NCBI GenBank assembly: GCA_949298405.1
Contig: CASFWA010000001.1
Span: 285,127-349,126, forward strand
DNA from: an uncultured Pseudomonadota bacterium
GTDB taxonomy: Bacteria; Pseudomonadota; Alphaproteobacteria; Rs-D84
Direction of reading: 5' to 3'
Length of the DNA: 64,000 nucleotides
Position 1 is the stretch's first letter; each line of letters starts with the position of its first letter. This document shows, piece after piece, positions 1-10,011 of the stretch. Under the pieces are notes generated by a model. The model was not told where the DNA came from. It made no database searches and worked only from the letters and a program-made list of their open reading frames with translations. The position numbers and the translations under genes are program-made.

Positions 1-26
1 GAGGCATGGGCAAAAAAGGTTAAAAA

Positions 27-221
27 ATGGCAGAAAAGAAAGTTGAAAAAGAATCTTTGACGTTGGAAGCATTGCAGGGCAAACTGGAAAATTTGAAGAA
101 AGATCAAATGAATCAGCGCTTTCAGCATGCTGCGGGTCAGATGCCGAAAACACACGTTATGCGTCAAACCCGTCGCGAAATTGCACGCGTAAAAACTCAG
201 TTGAACGCTGCAAAAAAATAA
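27..221 (+). CDS. rpmC: 50S ribosomal protein L29
   Basis: 64-aa basic helical ORF directly upstream of S17, as in the conserved S10/spc order; ATG at 27. Confidence 0.9.
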   Translation: MAEKKVEKESLTLEALQGKLENLKKDQMNQRFQHAAGQMPKTHVMRQTRREIARVKTQLNAAKK

Positions 222-363
222 TAATAAATTGCCGATTTTTGTTGAGATTTCTAAAAAATTAGTTATCATATGCCGAAATCGGGTATAAAAATGGGCTTCA
301 AATTCTGTTTTTGCATGGTGCATTTACAGGGTTTGAGATAGAAAAATGTAAGGGACTATAGTT

Positions 364-633
364 ATGCCAAGACGTATACTGCAAGGAACAGTTAAAAGTA
401 CAGCAAATGACAAAACAGTCGTTGTAGAAGTTGAACGTCGTTTCCGTCATCCTTTGTACGGTAAGTTCGTTAAGCAGAATAAAAAGTATAAGGCTCACGA
501 TGAAAACAACGAATATAAAGTTGGTGACATCGTTGCCATCGAAGAACATCGTCCAATCTCTAAGACAAAATCTTGGGTTGTAAAGGGGCGCGTTGGTGTC
601 TCTAAAGACGGTTCGGTAGAAGTAGTGGACTAA
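364..633 (+). CDS. rpsQ: 30S ribosomal protein S17
   Basis: [10 protein letters not shown]... N-terminus and typical S17 size; order L29-S17-L14. Confidence 0.95.
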   Translation: MPRRILQGTVKSTANDKTVVVEVERRFRHPLYGKFVKQNKKYKAHDENNEYKVGDIVAIEEHRPISKTKSWVVKGRVGVSKDGSVEVVD

Positions 634-741
634 AATCACAACAGGTTCTTTGAGGTCTTGTGATGTTTTACAGAGCAGGGCAGTCGGAACCTATAACAAA
701 GCAGCAGGGGATTGCCCTGCATGCAGGTAAAAGGTGAAAAT

Positions 742-1116
742 ATGATACAAAATGAAACAGTTATGACAGTTGCAGATAACTCTGGTGCGCGTAAAGCGAT
801 GTGCATCAAAGTTTTGGGCGGTTCTCATCGTCGTTATGCAACAGTTGGCGATAAAATCGTCGTCGCTATTAAAGAAGCGATTCCACGCGGTAAAGTTCAA
901 AAGGGTACAGTGCAACGTGCTATTATCGTTCGTACAAAGTTCCCTGTAAAACGTCCAGATGGTTCAATCATTCGTTTTGATGACAACGCAGTTGTTCTGA
1001 TAAATAAAAATAATTTCGAACCAATTGGTACACGTATTTTTGGACCTATCGCACGTGAAGTTCGTCGTAAATATGACGTTCAGAAAATCGTGTCTTTGGC
1101 ACCAGAAGTAATATAA
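742..1116 (+). CDS. rplN: 50S ribosomal protein L14
   Basis: [18 protein letters not shown] is the canonical L14 N-terminus; start moved to the internal ATG at 742, preceded by AAGGTGA. Confidence 0.95.
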   Translation: MIQNETVMTVADNSGARKAMCIKVLGGSHRRYATVGDKIVVAIKEAIPRGKVQKGTVQRAIIVRTKFPVKRPDGSIIRFDDNAVVLINKNNFEPIGTRIFGPIAREVRRKYDVQKIVSLAPEVI

Positions 1117-1167
1117 CAATGGGTTAAAATAAAAGTTTGGTCCAGAAGTTAGAGAAAAGGTTACAAA

Positions 1168-1470
1168 ATGAAAATTAAGAAAGGCGACGAAGTCGTAGTT
1201 ATTTCGGGAAAATATAAAGGCGTAAAAGGTAAAGTTCTGGAAGCGCGCCCGTCTGAATCACGCGTTGTAGTTGAAGGTGTTAATCGTCACAAATGGCACG
1301 TAAAACCAACGCAAGAACAAGCTGGTCATATTGTTGATCGCGAAGCGCCTGTTCATGTTTCTAACGTTGCTTTGGTTGATCCAAAAACTAAAAAAGCAAC
1401 TCGCGTAGGATACAAAGTTGAAGGCGGCAAAAAAGTTCGCGTTGCAAAAAAGTCTGGCGTAGAATTGTAA
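1168..1470 (+). CDS. rplX: 50S ribosomal protein L24
   Basis: [18 protein letters not shown] (KOW motif); conserved position. Confidence 0.95.
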   Translation: MKIKKGDEVVVISGKYKGVKGKVLEARPSESRVVVEGVNRHKWHVKPTQEQAGHIVDREAPVHVSNVALVDPKTKKATRVGYKVEGGKKVRVAKKSGVEL

Positions 1471-1479
1471 AAAAACCGG

Positions 1480-1497
1480 TTCCCGCTGTTACGGGGA
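1480..1497 (+). repeat. 18-nt hairpin-forming motif TTCCCGCTGTTACGGGGA, copy 1 (rplX-rplE spacer)
   Basis: Identical 18-mer also at 3442-3459; stem UCCCG/CGGGG with a 6-nt loop. Confidence 0.7.
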
Positions 1498-1519
1498 CAA
1501 AACGTTAAGGAATAAAAAA

Positions 1520-2065
1520 ATGCAAAGCAGATTGCGTGAAATTTATGAAAAAGAAATAGTACCTGAATTAATTAAAGAATTTGGGTATGAAAATAAGTTG
1601 GCAGTTCCAAAACTGTCTAAAATTGTTTTGAATATGGGCGTTGGTGAAGCGATTTCTGACAAAAAGAAATTGGATGCAGCAGCAGCAGATTTAACTGCTA
1701 TTGCAGCACAGAAATCTGTTATCACACGTGCAAAAAAATCTATCGCTACATATCGTTTGCGTGAAGGTCAACCTATTGGTACAAAAGTCACATTGCGTGG
1801 TAAAAGAATGTATGATTTCTTGGATAAATTAATTACTGTTGCATTGCCTCGCGTAAAAGACTTCCGTGGTTTATCAAAATCTAAATTTGACGGTCGTGGT
1901 AATTATGCTTTTGGTATCAAAGAACATTTGATATTCCCAGAAATTTCAGTTGATAAGATTGACGCAATTCGCGGAATGGATATCGTTATCGCAACAACTG
2001 CAAAAACTGATGATGAAGCACGTGCATTGCTGACAAAAATCGGCTTGCCATTGGTTTTGAAATAA
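1520..2065 (+). CDS. rplE: 50S ribosomal protein L5
   Basis: 181-aa ORF; L5-like sequence ([13 protein letters not shown]..., MYDFLDKL); conserved position. Confidence 0.95.
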   Translation: MQSRLREIYEKEIVPELIKEFGYENKLAVPKLSKIVLNMGVGEAISDKKKLDAAAADLTAIAAQKSVITRAKKSIATYRLREGQPIGTKVTLRGKRMYDFLDKLITVALPRVKDFRGLSKSKFDGRGNYAFGIKEHLIFPEISVDKIDAIRGMDIVIATTAKTDDEARALLTKIGLPLVLK

Positions 2066-2080
2066 TTAAAAGGTATAAAA

Positions 2081-2383
2081 ATGGCTAAATTAGCGTTAAT
2101 AAACAAACAAAAAAGACGTGAAAAATTAGTTGCTCAATACGCAAAAAAACGTGAAGCAATCAAGGCAAAAATGTCTGTAAATGCAACACCAGAAGAACGT
2201 ATGGATGCAATGAAGAAATTAGCAAAATTGCCACGTAATGCGAATCCTACGCGTTTGCGTAATCGTTGTTCTGTTACAGGTCGTTCACGCGGTTTTTCTC
2301 GCTTGTTCGGTTTGTGCCGTCAACAGGTTCGTACTATGGCGTCTGAAGGTAAACTGCCAGGCGTTCGTAAGTCAAGTTGGTAA
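2081..2383 (+). CDS. rpsN: 30S ribosomal protein S14 (long form)
   Basis: 100 aa ending ...LPGVRKSSW; RNRC..TGR motif. Confidence 0.95.
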   Translation: MAKLALINKQKRREKLVAQYAKKREAIKAKMSVNATPEERMDAMKKLAKLPRNANPTRLRNRCSVTGRSRGFSRLFGLCRQQVRTMASEGKLPGVRKSSW

Positions 2384-2456
2384 TTTTTAACCTCAGTTGT
2401 GGACAATGCAACTGGGCAGCAGAACGAGAGAACTCGTTCATAACAAGGAGTAAAAG

Positions 2457-2855
2457 ATGTCATTATCACACCCAATCGGAGATATGCTGACTCGTATTCG
2501 TAACGGTCAGAATGCCGGTAAAGAATTTGTAACTGTTCCAAACAGCAAATTGCGTGCAGCAGTTTTGTCTGTTTTGAAAGATGAAGGTTTCATCACTGAT
2601 TTCCGTAAAGAACAAATTGACGAACATCGTTCTAATTTAGTTATTGAATTGAAATATGTCGGCGGAAATGGTGCAATCCAAGAAATTTCTGTAATTTCAA
2701 AACCAGGTCGTCGTGTATATTCTGGTAGTGCTAAAATGCCAAAAGTTTTAAACGGCTTGGGTATAGCGATTGTTTCTACACCAAACGGCGTTATGACCGA
2801 TCACAAGGCGCGCTTGATGAATGTCGGTGGCGAAGTTTTGTGCAAGGTTATCTAA
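2457..2855 (+). CDS. rpsH: 30S ribosomal protein S8
   Basis: DPIGDMLTRIRNG-type N-terminus (SHPIGDMLTRIRNGQ). Confidence 0.95.
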   Translation: MSLSHPIGDMLTRIRNGQNAGKEFVTVPNSKLRAAVLSVLKDEGFITDFRKEQIDEHRSNLVIELKYVGGNGAIQEISVISKPGRRVYSGSAKMPKVLNGLGIAIVSTPNGVMTDHKARLMNVGGEVLCKVI

Positions 2856-2875
2856 TTAGAAGTGAGGTTTAAGTT

Positions 2876-3427
2876 ATGTCTCGTGCAGGAAAATATCCAG
2901 TTAAACTGAAAGAAGGCGTATCTGCGGCAATTGCTGGGAATGTCTTGACAGTTAAAGGTCCAAAAGGCGAATTGAACTTGGCTTTGGATACAAAGCATGC
3001 CGGTTTGGTTGATGTTGTTATCGAAGCAGATAATATCGTTGTCACACCAAAAGATGCAGAAGATAAGGCTTCTCGTGCTATGTGGGGTACAATGACACGT
3101 AATATTCGTTCTGCTGTAGAAGGCGTTTCAGACGGCTTTACAAAAGAATTGTACATGAAGGGTGTTGGTTATAAAGCATCTGTTAATGGTAATAAGTTAG
3201 TCTTGGTTGCAGGTTATTCCCATGATGTTATCATGGAAATTCCAGCAGGGTTGACAGTTCAGATGGGCGAAACACCAACAGAATTCGCTATTAAAGGTAT
3301 TGATAAATGCTTGGTAGGACTTTTTGCTGATAAGGTTCATAAAGTTCGTAAAGCAGACCCATATAAGGGTAAAGGTATCTTCTATAAGGGTGAAAAAATC
3401 CGCCGTAAAGAAGGTAAGAAGAAATAA
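2876..3427 (+). CDS. rplF: 50S ribosomal protein L6
   Basis: MSRAGKYPVKLKEGV... with the typical YKGKGI C-terminal motif. Confidence 0.95.
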   Translation: MSRAGKYPVKLKEGVSAAIAGNVLTVKGPKGELNLALDTKHAGLVDVVIEADNIVVTPKDAEDKASRAMWGTMTRNIRSAVEGVSDGFTKELYMKGVGYKASVNGNKLVLVAGYSHDVIMEIPAGLTVQMGETPTEFAIKGIDKCLVGLFADKVHKVRKADPYKGKGIFYKGEKIRRKEGKKK

Positions 3428-3441
3428 TAATTAAGGTTTGA

Positions 3442-3459
3442 TTCCCGCTGTTACGGGGA
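3442..3459 (+). repeat. 18-nt hairpin-forming motif TTCCCGCTGTTACGGGGA, copy 2 (rplF-rplR spacer)
   Basis: Exact repeat of 1480-1497 in a second intergenic spacer of the same operon. Confidence 0.7.
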
Positions 3460-3479
3460 TTAGGAAAAAAGGAAACAAA

Positions 3480-3836
3480 ATGTTAAAACATTTGTCTACA
3501 GAAGAAAGACGCACGTTAGCAAATCGCGCGGCGTTAAAAAGAAAAAATCCAGGTAAAATCCGTTTGTCGGTATTTCGTTCTGGGCGTCATATTGAAATTC
3601 AGGCTATTGATGATGTCAAAGGTCATACAATTTGTGCTGCATCTTCAAAAGAAAAAGACTTTAAAGGTAAAGGTTGGAATACTGCCGGTGCTGAATTAGT
3701 CGGTAAAGCGTTCGCAGAACGTGCAGTTAAAGCAAATATTGCTGATAATTGTTATTTTGATCGTGGTGGTTATCGTTATCATGGTCGTGTAAAGGCTCTG
3801 TGCGAAGCAATCCGTGCAGGTGGTGTTAGAATTTAA
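3480..3836 (+). CDS. rplR: 50S ribosomal protein L18
   Basis: L18-like ([32 protein letters not shown]); start set to ATG 3480 after GGAAAAAAGGAAA. Confidence 0.93.
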   Translation: MLKHLSTEERRTLANRAALKRKNPGKIRLSVFRSGRHIEIQAIDDVKGHTICAASSKEKDFKGKGWNTAGAELVGKAFAERAVKANIADNCYFDRGGYRYHGRVKALCEAIRAGGVRI

Positions 3837-3866
3837 TAATGTGTTTCTGAATATACGGAGTTTATA

Positions 3867-4430
3867 ATGGCACGTTTTGATGATAAAAAATTGCAGACGG
3901 ATAACTTGGTAGACAAATTAGTTTCTATCAATCGTGTATCTAAGACTGTAAAAGGTGGACGTAATATGTCTTTCTCGGCCTTGGTTGTGGTCGGTGATAA
4001 GGCAGGTAGAGTTGGTTTTGGAAAAGGTAAGGCTTTGGAAGTCCAAGCCGCTGTTCAAAAAGCAACAAAAGCAGCAAAGGCAAAAATGATCCGTGTTCCT
4101 TTGAAAGAAGGTCGTACTTTGCATCATGATAGCGCTGCAAAATATGGTGCAAGTAAGTTGGTTGTTCGTAGCGCTGTTCCTGGTACTGGTATTATCGCTG
4201 GTGGTGCTTTGCGTGCGGTATTTGAATGCTTGGGCGTTCAAGACGTTGTTGTAAAATCTCAGGGGTCTAATAATCCTAATAATATGATTCGTGCAGCGTT
4301 CTTGGCTTTCGCAAAAATGAATTCACCTAAGACGGTTGCTGCTCGTCGTGGTAAAAGCGTTGCAGAAATTATCGCTGGTCGTGATGGTAAAAAATTAGAA
4401 CCTGTTGCGGATGTTGCAGAATCTAAATAA
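3867..4430 (+). CDS. rpsE: 30S ribosomal protein S5
   Basis: [12 protein letters not shown] and GTGIIAGG motifs. Confidence 0.95.
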   Translation: MARFDDKKLQTDNLVDKLVSINRVSKTVKGGRNMSFSALVVVGDKAGRVGFGKGKALEVQAAVQKATKAAKAKMIRVPLKEGRTLHHDSAAKYGASKLVVRSAVPGTGIIAGGALRAVFECLGVQDVVVKSQGSNNPNNMIRAAFLAFAKMNSPKTVAARRGKSVAEIIAGRDGKKLEPVADVAESK

Positions 4431-4461
4431 TCAACGCATTTAAAAAACGGAGTAGTGAATT

Positions 4462-4641
4462 ATGGCTAAGATAATTGTTAAGCAAGTTAAAAGCGTTATC
4501 GGTCGCCCAGAAGATCAACGTAAAGTTGTTGCTGCGTTGGGTTTGGGTAGAGTCGGTAAAACAAAAGAACTAGGTGATACACCTGCTGTTCGTGGTATGG
4601 TTGCAAAAGTTTCTCACCTGGTTGAAATTGTAGAAAAATAA
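4462..4641 (+). CDS. rpmD: 50S ribosomal protein L30
   Basis: Not in the ORF track (59 aa). Hand translation: [59 protein letters not shown]; lies between rpsE and rplO. Confidence 0.9.
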   Translation: MAKIIVKQVKSVIGRPEDQRKVVAALGLGRVGKTKELGDTPAVRGMVAKVSHLVEIVEK

Positions 4642-4719
4642 TAAAATAAACCGAGTACACTTGTTTGTGTGCGAAAAAGGACTACTTTTTTAGTAGACCG
4701 CAGGAAAAAGGAAAATAAA

Positions 4720-5178
4720 ATGAAACTTAATGCTTTGATGGATAATTTCGGTGCACGTGCAAATGTTAAACGTGTTGGTCGTGGTATCGGGTCTGGTATG
4801 GGTAAAACTTCTGGTCGTGGTAATAAGGGGCAGAAAGCACGTAGTGGTTCTCGTAAACAGGCTACTTTCCAAGGTGGACAGATGCCTATTTTACGTCGTT
4901 TCCCAAAATTTGGTTTTAACAATCCTTTTGCTAAGGAATATGTGACAATCAACTTGGGTGATATCGAAAAGTTTATCGCTTCCGGTAAAATCGATGCAAA
5001 ATCTCCGATTACAATTGATTCTTTGTTAAGCGCAAAAATCATTAATCGTAAAATGTCTGGCTTGAAAGTTTTGGCCAAAGGCGAAATAAAAACTTCTGTT
5101 AACATTATCGCTGATAAATGGTCAAAAGCAGCTGAAGAAGCAATCGTTAAAGCCGGTGGTTCAATAAAAAATAACTAA
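4720..5178 (+). CDS. rplO: 50S ribosomal protein L15
   Basis: MKLNALMDNFGARANVKRVGRGIGSGMGKTSGRG; start set to ATG 4720. Confidence 0.93.
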   Translation: MKLNALMDNFGARANVKRVGRGIGSGMGKTSGRGNKGQKARSGSRKQATFQGGQMPILRRFPKFGFNNPFAKEYVTINLGDIEKFIASGKIDAKSPITIDSLLSAKIINRKMSGLKVLAKGEIKTSVNIIADKWSKAAEEAIVKAGGSIKNN

Positions 5179-5237
5179 TCTTTATAATGTTTGCATCTGG
5201 TGCGCCAGATGCAAACTAACAATAAAAGTTCGTTCGC

Positions 5238-6554
5238 ATGAAATTTTTAAAAGATTTTTTTGGAAACTTATCTGATTTACAAAAACGCATACTTTTTACA
5301 CTGGGGGCGTTAATTGTTTATCGTATAGGTTCTTTTATCCCACTTCCAGGTGTTAATGCTTCTGCTGTTCTTCACTTGTTTAGCGGTGAAGGCAGCGGTA
5401 TGATGGGAATGTTTGATATGTTCTCTGGTGGGTCTTTGTCCCGTATGTCGGTTTTGGCTTTGAACATCTTTCCATACATCTCGGCTTCCATTGTTTTGCA
5501 ATTGTTGACAGCCACTAGCAAATCTTTAAATGAATTGCGTAAAGAAGGTGAATCAGGGCGTATTAAAATCAACCAGTATACTCGTTATTTAGCGGTTTTC
5601 TTGGCCGTAGTTCAAGGTTGGGCAGTAGTTCGTGGCTTGGAATCAATGGCACCAGTAAATGGTGTTGCAGCAGTTGTTAACCCTGGTTTTGCGTTCGAGT
5701 TGTCCGCGATTATTGCTTTGGTTGGTGGTACCGTATTTGTTATGTGGTTGGCAGAACAAATTACTGCGCGTGGTATAGGGCAGGGGGCTTCACTGTTAAT
5801 CTTCGCTGGTATTATAGCAGAAGTACCAGGTGGTATTGCTCAGTTATTCTCTTTGGGGTCTGTCGGACAAATTTCACCAGCGATGATTGCTTTGGTTGTT
5901 GCTTTCGTTATCGGTATTATCGCTTTGATAGCGTTTTTTGAACAGGCACAGCGTCGTATTCAAATTTTATACCCCCGTCAGGTTATGGCGAACGGTGTCA
6001 TGAATACAAATGCTTCTTATTTGCCTATCAAGGTTAATATGTCTGGTGTTATGGGACCTGTTTTCGCAGCAAGTATTATGATGTTGCCTGCATTCGTACA
6101 ACGTTTTGTTCAAAGCGAAAATGTAATTGTGCAAAATATTATGGCTTTCTTTACATATGGTGCATGGTCTTATATCATAACATATACAATTTTAATCGCG
6201 TTCTTTGCATATTTCCAAACTGCGGTTATATTTAATTCAGAAGAAACAAGTAATAATCTGAAAAATGCAGGTGGTTATATACCAGGTGTTCGCCCAGGTG
6301 AACAGACTATGCATTATTTAGATGCGGTTGTTTCTAGGACAACGGCAATAGGCGTTTTATACTTAGTCGTTGTTTGCGTTGTGCCAATAATTCTGAATAC
6401 TCATATGGGAATGCCGTTGACAATCGGTGGTACTAGCGTGTTAATCGTTGCTGGTGTTGTCTTGGATACCATGAATCAAGTTCAGTCTTATTTGGTCGCA
6501 AAGCAATATAAAAGCGTTATTAATAGCGCACAGAAAAAAGGTCGCTTCCGTTAA
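5238..6554 (+). CDS. secY: preprotein translocase subunit SecY
   Basis: 438 aa, 10-TM-like hydrophobic pattern; SecY motifs (IFPYISASI, LAEQITARGIGQGASL); follows rplO. Confidence 0.95.
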   Translation: MKFLKDFFGNLSDLQKRILFTLGALIVYRIGSFIPLPGVNASAVLHLFSGEGSGMMGMFDMFSGGSLSRMSVLALNIFPYISASIVLQLLTATSKSLNELRKEGESGRIKINQYTRYLAVFLAVVQGWAVVRGLESMAPVNGVAAVVNPGFAFELSAIIALVGGTVFVMWLAEQITARGIGQGASLLIFAGIIAEVPGGIAQLFSLGSVGQISPAMIALVVAFVIGIIALIAFFEQAQRRIQILYPRQVMANGVMNTNASYLPIKVNMSGVMGPVFAASIMMLPAFVQRFVQSENVIVQNIMAFFTYGAWSYIITYTILIAFFAYFQTAVIFNSEETSNNLKNAGGYIPGVRPGEQTMHYLDAVVSRTTAIGVLYLVVVCVVPIILNTHMGMPLTIGGTSVLIVAGVVLDTMNQVQSYLVAKQYKSVINSAQKKGRFR

Positions 6555-6594
6555 AGATTGTCTTTATGTGTTTTGGCGAGAAGCAAAACAAAAT

Positions 6595-6622
6595 TTGACT
6601 TTTGCAGCATTTTGTATAAAAT
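6595..6622 (+). promoter_or_regulatory. sigma70-like promoter upstream of rpsM (TTGACT-16-TAAAAT)
   Basis: Hexamers read directly; about 110 nt upstream of the rpsM ATG. Confidence 0.4.
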
Positions 6623-6730
6623 AATGCAGCAAAATAAAATACTCTTGAAAATCTGACGGCAGTTTTTTAAGAGGTTGGTATCGGAACTGATTAATTTATG
6701 TTCCGCAATAAATAAAAAGGAAAATGAAAA

Positions 6731-7108
6731 ATGGCACGTATAGCAGGTGTTAACATTCCTACAGAAAAGCGCATCGAAATCGCGTTGCAATACATTCATG
6801 GTATTGGACCTGCAAAGTCTGCTCAGATTTGCAAGGCTTTGAAATTAAAAGATGGTCTGCGCGCGAAAGACTTGACTGATGAGGAAGTTGTTAAAATTTC
6901 TAAATATATAGAAGAAAACTTTAAAGTAGAAGGTGATGTTCGCCGTGAAGTTGCAATGAATATTAAACGTTTGCAAGACTTGAAAACATATCGCGGTATT
7001 CGTCATCGTAACCGTTTACCGGTTCGCGGTCAGCGTACTCAGACAAATGCTCGTACTCGTAAGGGTAAGCGCGTTGTAGTTGCTGGTTCCGCAGTAAAGG
7101 GTAAATAA
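6731..7108 (+). CDS. rpsM: 30S ribosomal protein S13
   Basis: [10 protein letters not shown]...; canonical S13. Confidence 0.95.
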   Translation: MARIAGVNIPTEKRIEIALQYIHGIGPAKSAQICKALKLKDGLRAKDLTDEEVVKISKYIEENFKVEGDVRREVAMNIKRLQDLKTYRGIRHRNRLPVRGQRTQTNARTRKGKRVVVAGSAVKGK

Positions 7109-7169
7109 TATTAACAGGTAGAGATTAACACGATAGTTAATTGAAGACATCTAAAAAGGTAATTATAAA

Positions 7170-7553
7170 ATGGCAGTTACAAAAGCTAAAAAGAAAGTCG
7201 TAAAAAAAGTATCTCATGGTATTGCCCATGTTGTCGCGACTAATAACAATACTCGTATCACAATCACAGATCAGTCCGGTGCAGTTTTAACTTGGGCAAC
7301 GGCTGGTGCAAATAATTTTAAAGGCGCTAAAAAATCTACACCATATGCAGCAACTGTTGTTGCAGATGCAGTTGGTAAGAAAGTTGCTGAAATGGGCATG
7401 AAAACAGTTGATGTTTTGATGCGTGGTATTGGTCAAGGTCGTGAATCTGCTGTACGTGGTTTGGCGAATGCAGGATTGATTGTTCAATCTATTACAGATA
7501 CTACACGTATCCCACACAACGGATGCCGTCCAAAGAAAGTTCGTCGTGTATAA
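7170..7553 (+). CDS. rpsK: 30S ribosomal protein S11
   Basis: ITDTTRIPHNGCRPKKVRRV C-terminus. Confidence 0.95.
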   Translation: MAVTKAKKKVVKKVSHGIAHVVATNNNTRITITDQSGAVLTWATAGANNFKGAKKSTPYAATVVADAVGKKVAEMGMKTVDVLMRGIGQGRESAVRGLANAGLIVQSITDTTRIPHNGCRPKKVRRV

Positions 7554-7574
7554 TTATGATGAATTAGTGATAAT

Positions 7575-7605
7575 AAAAAATCCCGCATTCGCGGGATTTT
7601 TATTT
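7575..7605. terminator. bidirectional intrinsic terminator (AAAAAATCCCGC-ATTC-GCGGGATTTTT)
   Basis: Perfect GC stem flanked by an A-run and a T-run, between convergent rpsK and the 7622-7966 gene. Confidence 0.8.
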
Positions 7606-7621
7606 TGGGTTTATTTTTTTC

Positions 7622-7966
7622 TTATTTTACAATTCTACGAGTTGAAAATGTACCAGCAGGAACATATTTAGTCACAGGTTTATATACTTGGTAATGGTCA
7701 ATTACTTCTGTGTATGTTTTTACCTTAACTGGTTTTGCAGCCATTTGGCAACCGCAAGAATTACGTGGTACTTCAATAGATGATGCAACACGATGGCAAT
7801 CATTTTTATAATGTGCTTTTTTAGGCGCAACATATGCGCGATTTGTGTATGAAACGGTATCAATAGTTAATTTTTCACGAACTGTATAAGTTTCTGTTTC
7901 CTGATAAGCAAATGCATTAGAACATATTGCACCCGCAAAAATAAAACCTAAAAATAATTTTTTCAT
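7622..7966 (-). CDS. small secreted hypothetical protein
   Basis: 114 aa; signal peptide MKKLFLGFIFAGAICSNAFA; 3 Cys; inserted between rpsK and rpoA. Confidence 0.6.
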   Translation of the reverse strand: MKKLFLGFIFAGAICSNAFAYQETETYTVREKLTIDTVSYTNRAYVAPKKAHYKNDCHRVASSIEVPRNSCGCQMAAKPVKVKTYTEVIDHYQVYKPVTKYVPAGTFSTRRIVK

Positions 7967-8086
7967 ATTTGTCCTTTTGTAAGATTATTTTTATCTTAGG
8001 ACAATTATTTTTAGTTGTCAACATTTTGCGTGTTTTTTCTACTTTGTTTTTGTGGGGTAATTAAGCGGTTTTTTCTTAATAAATGT

Positions 8087-8115
8087 TTGACTTTTATATA
8101 TTTCTGATATAAAAT
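8087..8115 (+). promoter_or_regulatory. sigma70-like promoter for rpoA-rplQ (TTGACT-17-TAAAAT)
   Basis: Hexamers and spacing read directly; about 70 nt upstream of rpoA. Confidence 0.45.
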
Positions 8116-8187
8116 TCGCGGGCGCACATAAGGTTATGTGGGCAACCGAATGGTGAAAATAATAAACTAAGCCTAAAGGAATTATTC

Positions 8188-9216
8188 ATGATTGAAAAAA
8201 ACTGGATGACTTTGATTAAGCCTAAAAAACTTAATATCAAGGTAGATGAACATAATCCTAATTTAGCAACTTTGGTCGCAGAACCACTAGAAAAAGGATT
8301 TGGATTAACATTAGGTACTGCACTGCGTCGTGTATTGTTATCTTCTTTGCAAGGGTGCGCACCTATTTATATTAAAATTGATGGTGTTCAACATGAATTT
8401 TCCAGCATATCTGGTGTTCGTGAAGATGTCACAGATATTATTTTGAATTTGAAGGGTGTTTACTTTAAGGCGTTGACAGAAGGTCAGCATAAAGCATATT
8501 TGAAAGTAAAAGGCCCAGCAGTTGTTACAGCAGGTATGATTGAAACAACTGGTAATGTTGAAGTTATGAATAAAGATGTCGAAATTTGCACTTTGGATAA
8601 AGGCGCAAGTTTGGATATGGAAATTACTTTGGCAACAGGTCGTGGTTATGTACCAGCAAGCGCACACGCAGAAGGTTTGCCATTGGGGGTTATTCCTGTT
8701 GATTCTATCTTCTCGCCGATTTTGAATGTTGCTTCTGCAGTTTCAGAAACTCGTGTTGGACAGTCAACAGACTTTGATAAATTGGAATTAACTGTTAAGA
8801 CAAACGGTTCTGTTTCTCCAGAAGATGCAATCGCTTTCGCAGCACGTATCTTGACAGATCAATTGGTAGTATTTATCAACTTTGAAGACCCTGCACAGAT
8901 TAATGCGCCAACAGAAGAAGAAAAAGCAAAAGATGCTTTGCCATTCGATCCTAAATTGTTGAAGCATGTTGATGAATTAGAATTATCTGTTCGTGCAAAT
9001 AATTGCTTGAAGAATGACAAGATTAATTGGTTGGGCGAATTGGTACAGAAGACAGAAGCAGATATGTTGAAAACACCTAACTTCGGTCGTAAGTCTTTGA
9101 ACGAAATCAAAGTTCAATTGGAAGCAATGGGTTTAAGTCTGGGTATGGATGTACCAGGTTGGCCACCAGAAAATATTGCTGAATTGGCAAAAAAATACGA
9201 AGATCCATATAAATAA
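8188..9216 (+). CDS. rpoA: DNA-directed RNA polymerase subunit alpha
   Basis: 342 aa; NTD ([17 protein letters not shown]) and CTD ([13 protein letters not shown]...[14 protein letters not shown]). Confidence 0.95.
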   Translation: MIEKNWMTLIKPKKLNIKVDEHNPNLATLVAEPLEKGFGLTLGTALRRVLLSSLQGCAPIYIKIDGVQHEFSSISGVREDVTDIILNLKGVYFKALTEGQHKAYLKVKGPAVVTAGMIETTGNVEVMNKDVEICTLDKGASLDMEITLATGRGYVPASAHAEGLPLGVIPVDSIFSPILNVASAVSETRVGQSTDFDKLELTVKTNGSVSPEDAIAFAARILTDQLVVFINFEDPAQINAPTEEEKAKDALPFDPKLLKHVDELELSVRANNCLKNDKINWLGELVQKTEADMLKTPNFGRKSLNEIKVQLEAMGLSLGMDVPGWPPENIAELAKKYEDPYK

Positions 9217-9420
9217 GGATTTATAGTGAAGCAGAATAAAAACAAAAAAGAAAAATTCTTGCAAAATGAAAATATTTTTGCTCAAATTTTGCGGATGGTC
9301 TTTTTTGGTGAATATTCAAAACAAAAATAAATTCCTGGTTCTGAAATTTATGTTTTAGGCTAGGGAAGTCTCAGAAATCCCCGGTGAAAACCGGGGCAGA
9401 ACAAAATAAAGGAGTAATCG

Positions 9421-9933
9421 ATGAGACATATGAAAGCAGGTCGCACTTTTAATCGCGATACAAATGCTCGCAAGGCTTTGTTTATTGGTCTGGCGAAAAA
9501 TTTAATTGAAAAAGAACAAATTAAAACGACTTTGCCAAAAGCAAAAGATTTGCGTAGCGTAGTTGAAAAATTGATTACTCGCGCAAAGGTTGACACAGTT
9601 GCTAATCGTCGTTTGACAGCAAGTGAATTAGGTAATGATTCTGCTGCAACAGTAAAAAAATTATTTACTGTTTTGGGACCTCGTTATGCAAAACGTCCTG
9701 GTGGTTATACTCGTGTTTTAAAAGCGGGCTTCCGTTATGGTGATGCTGCACCTATGGCAATTATTGAATTGGTTGACCGTGATGTTAACGCAAAGAAAGT
9801 TGTAAAAAAGACTGCTGAAGAAACTGCAGAAAAGCCAGACGCAGAAAAAGCGGAAAAAGAAACTGCAAAAGAAGAAAAAGCAGAAGAAACAAAAAAAGAA
9901 ACAAGTAAACGTCGTACCACTTCTAAAAAGTAA
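9421..9933 (+). CDS. rplQ: 50S ribosomal protein L17 with K/E-rich C-terminal extension
   Basis: [13 protein letters not shown]...; about 50 extra residues of [19 protein letters not shown]... Confidence 0.93.
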   Translation: MRHMKAGRTFNRDTNARKALFIGLAKNLIEKEQIKTTLPKAKDLRSVVEKLITRAKVDTVANRRLTASELGNDSAATVKKLFTVLGPRYAKRPGGYTRVLKAGFRYGDAAPMAIIELVDRDVNAKKVVKKTAEETAEKPDAEKAEKETAKEEKAEETKKETSKRRTTSKK

Positions 9934-9956
9934 TGTATGATTGTTTCTTAAAAAGC

Positions 9957-9987
9957 AAATGCCCCAAAATGGGGCGTTTGTTTTTTA
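9957..9987 (+). terminator. intrinsic terminator after rplQ
   Basis: GCCCCAAAATGGGGC hairpin followed by GTTTGTTTTTT. Confidence 0.75.
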
Positions 9988-10011
9988 TTGTTGTTATTTA
10001 TTTAGATTTTT

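Noticed and set aside
298-639. 113-aa minus-strand ORF overlapping rpsQ. Similar antisense ORFs lie inside the r-protein genes, secY and rpoA (e.g. 691-915, 1543-1725, 2869-3156, 3918-4241, 4614-5105, 8338-8667).
   Set aside because: They lie fully inside well-supported conserved genes on the other strand. They have odd, Cys/Phe/Asn-skewed composition and no RBS, so they are shadow ORFs.
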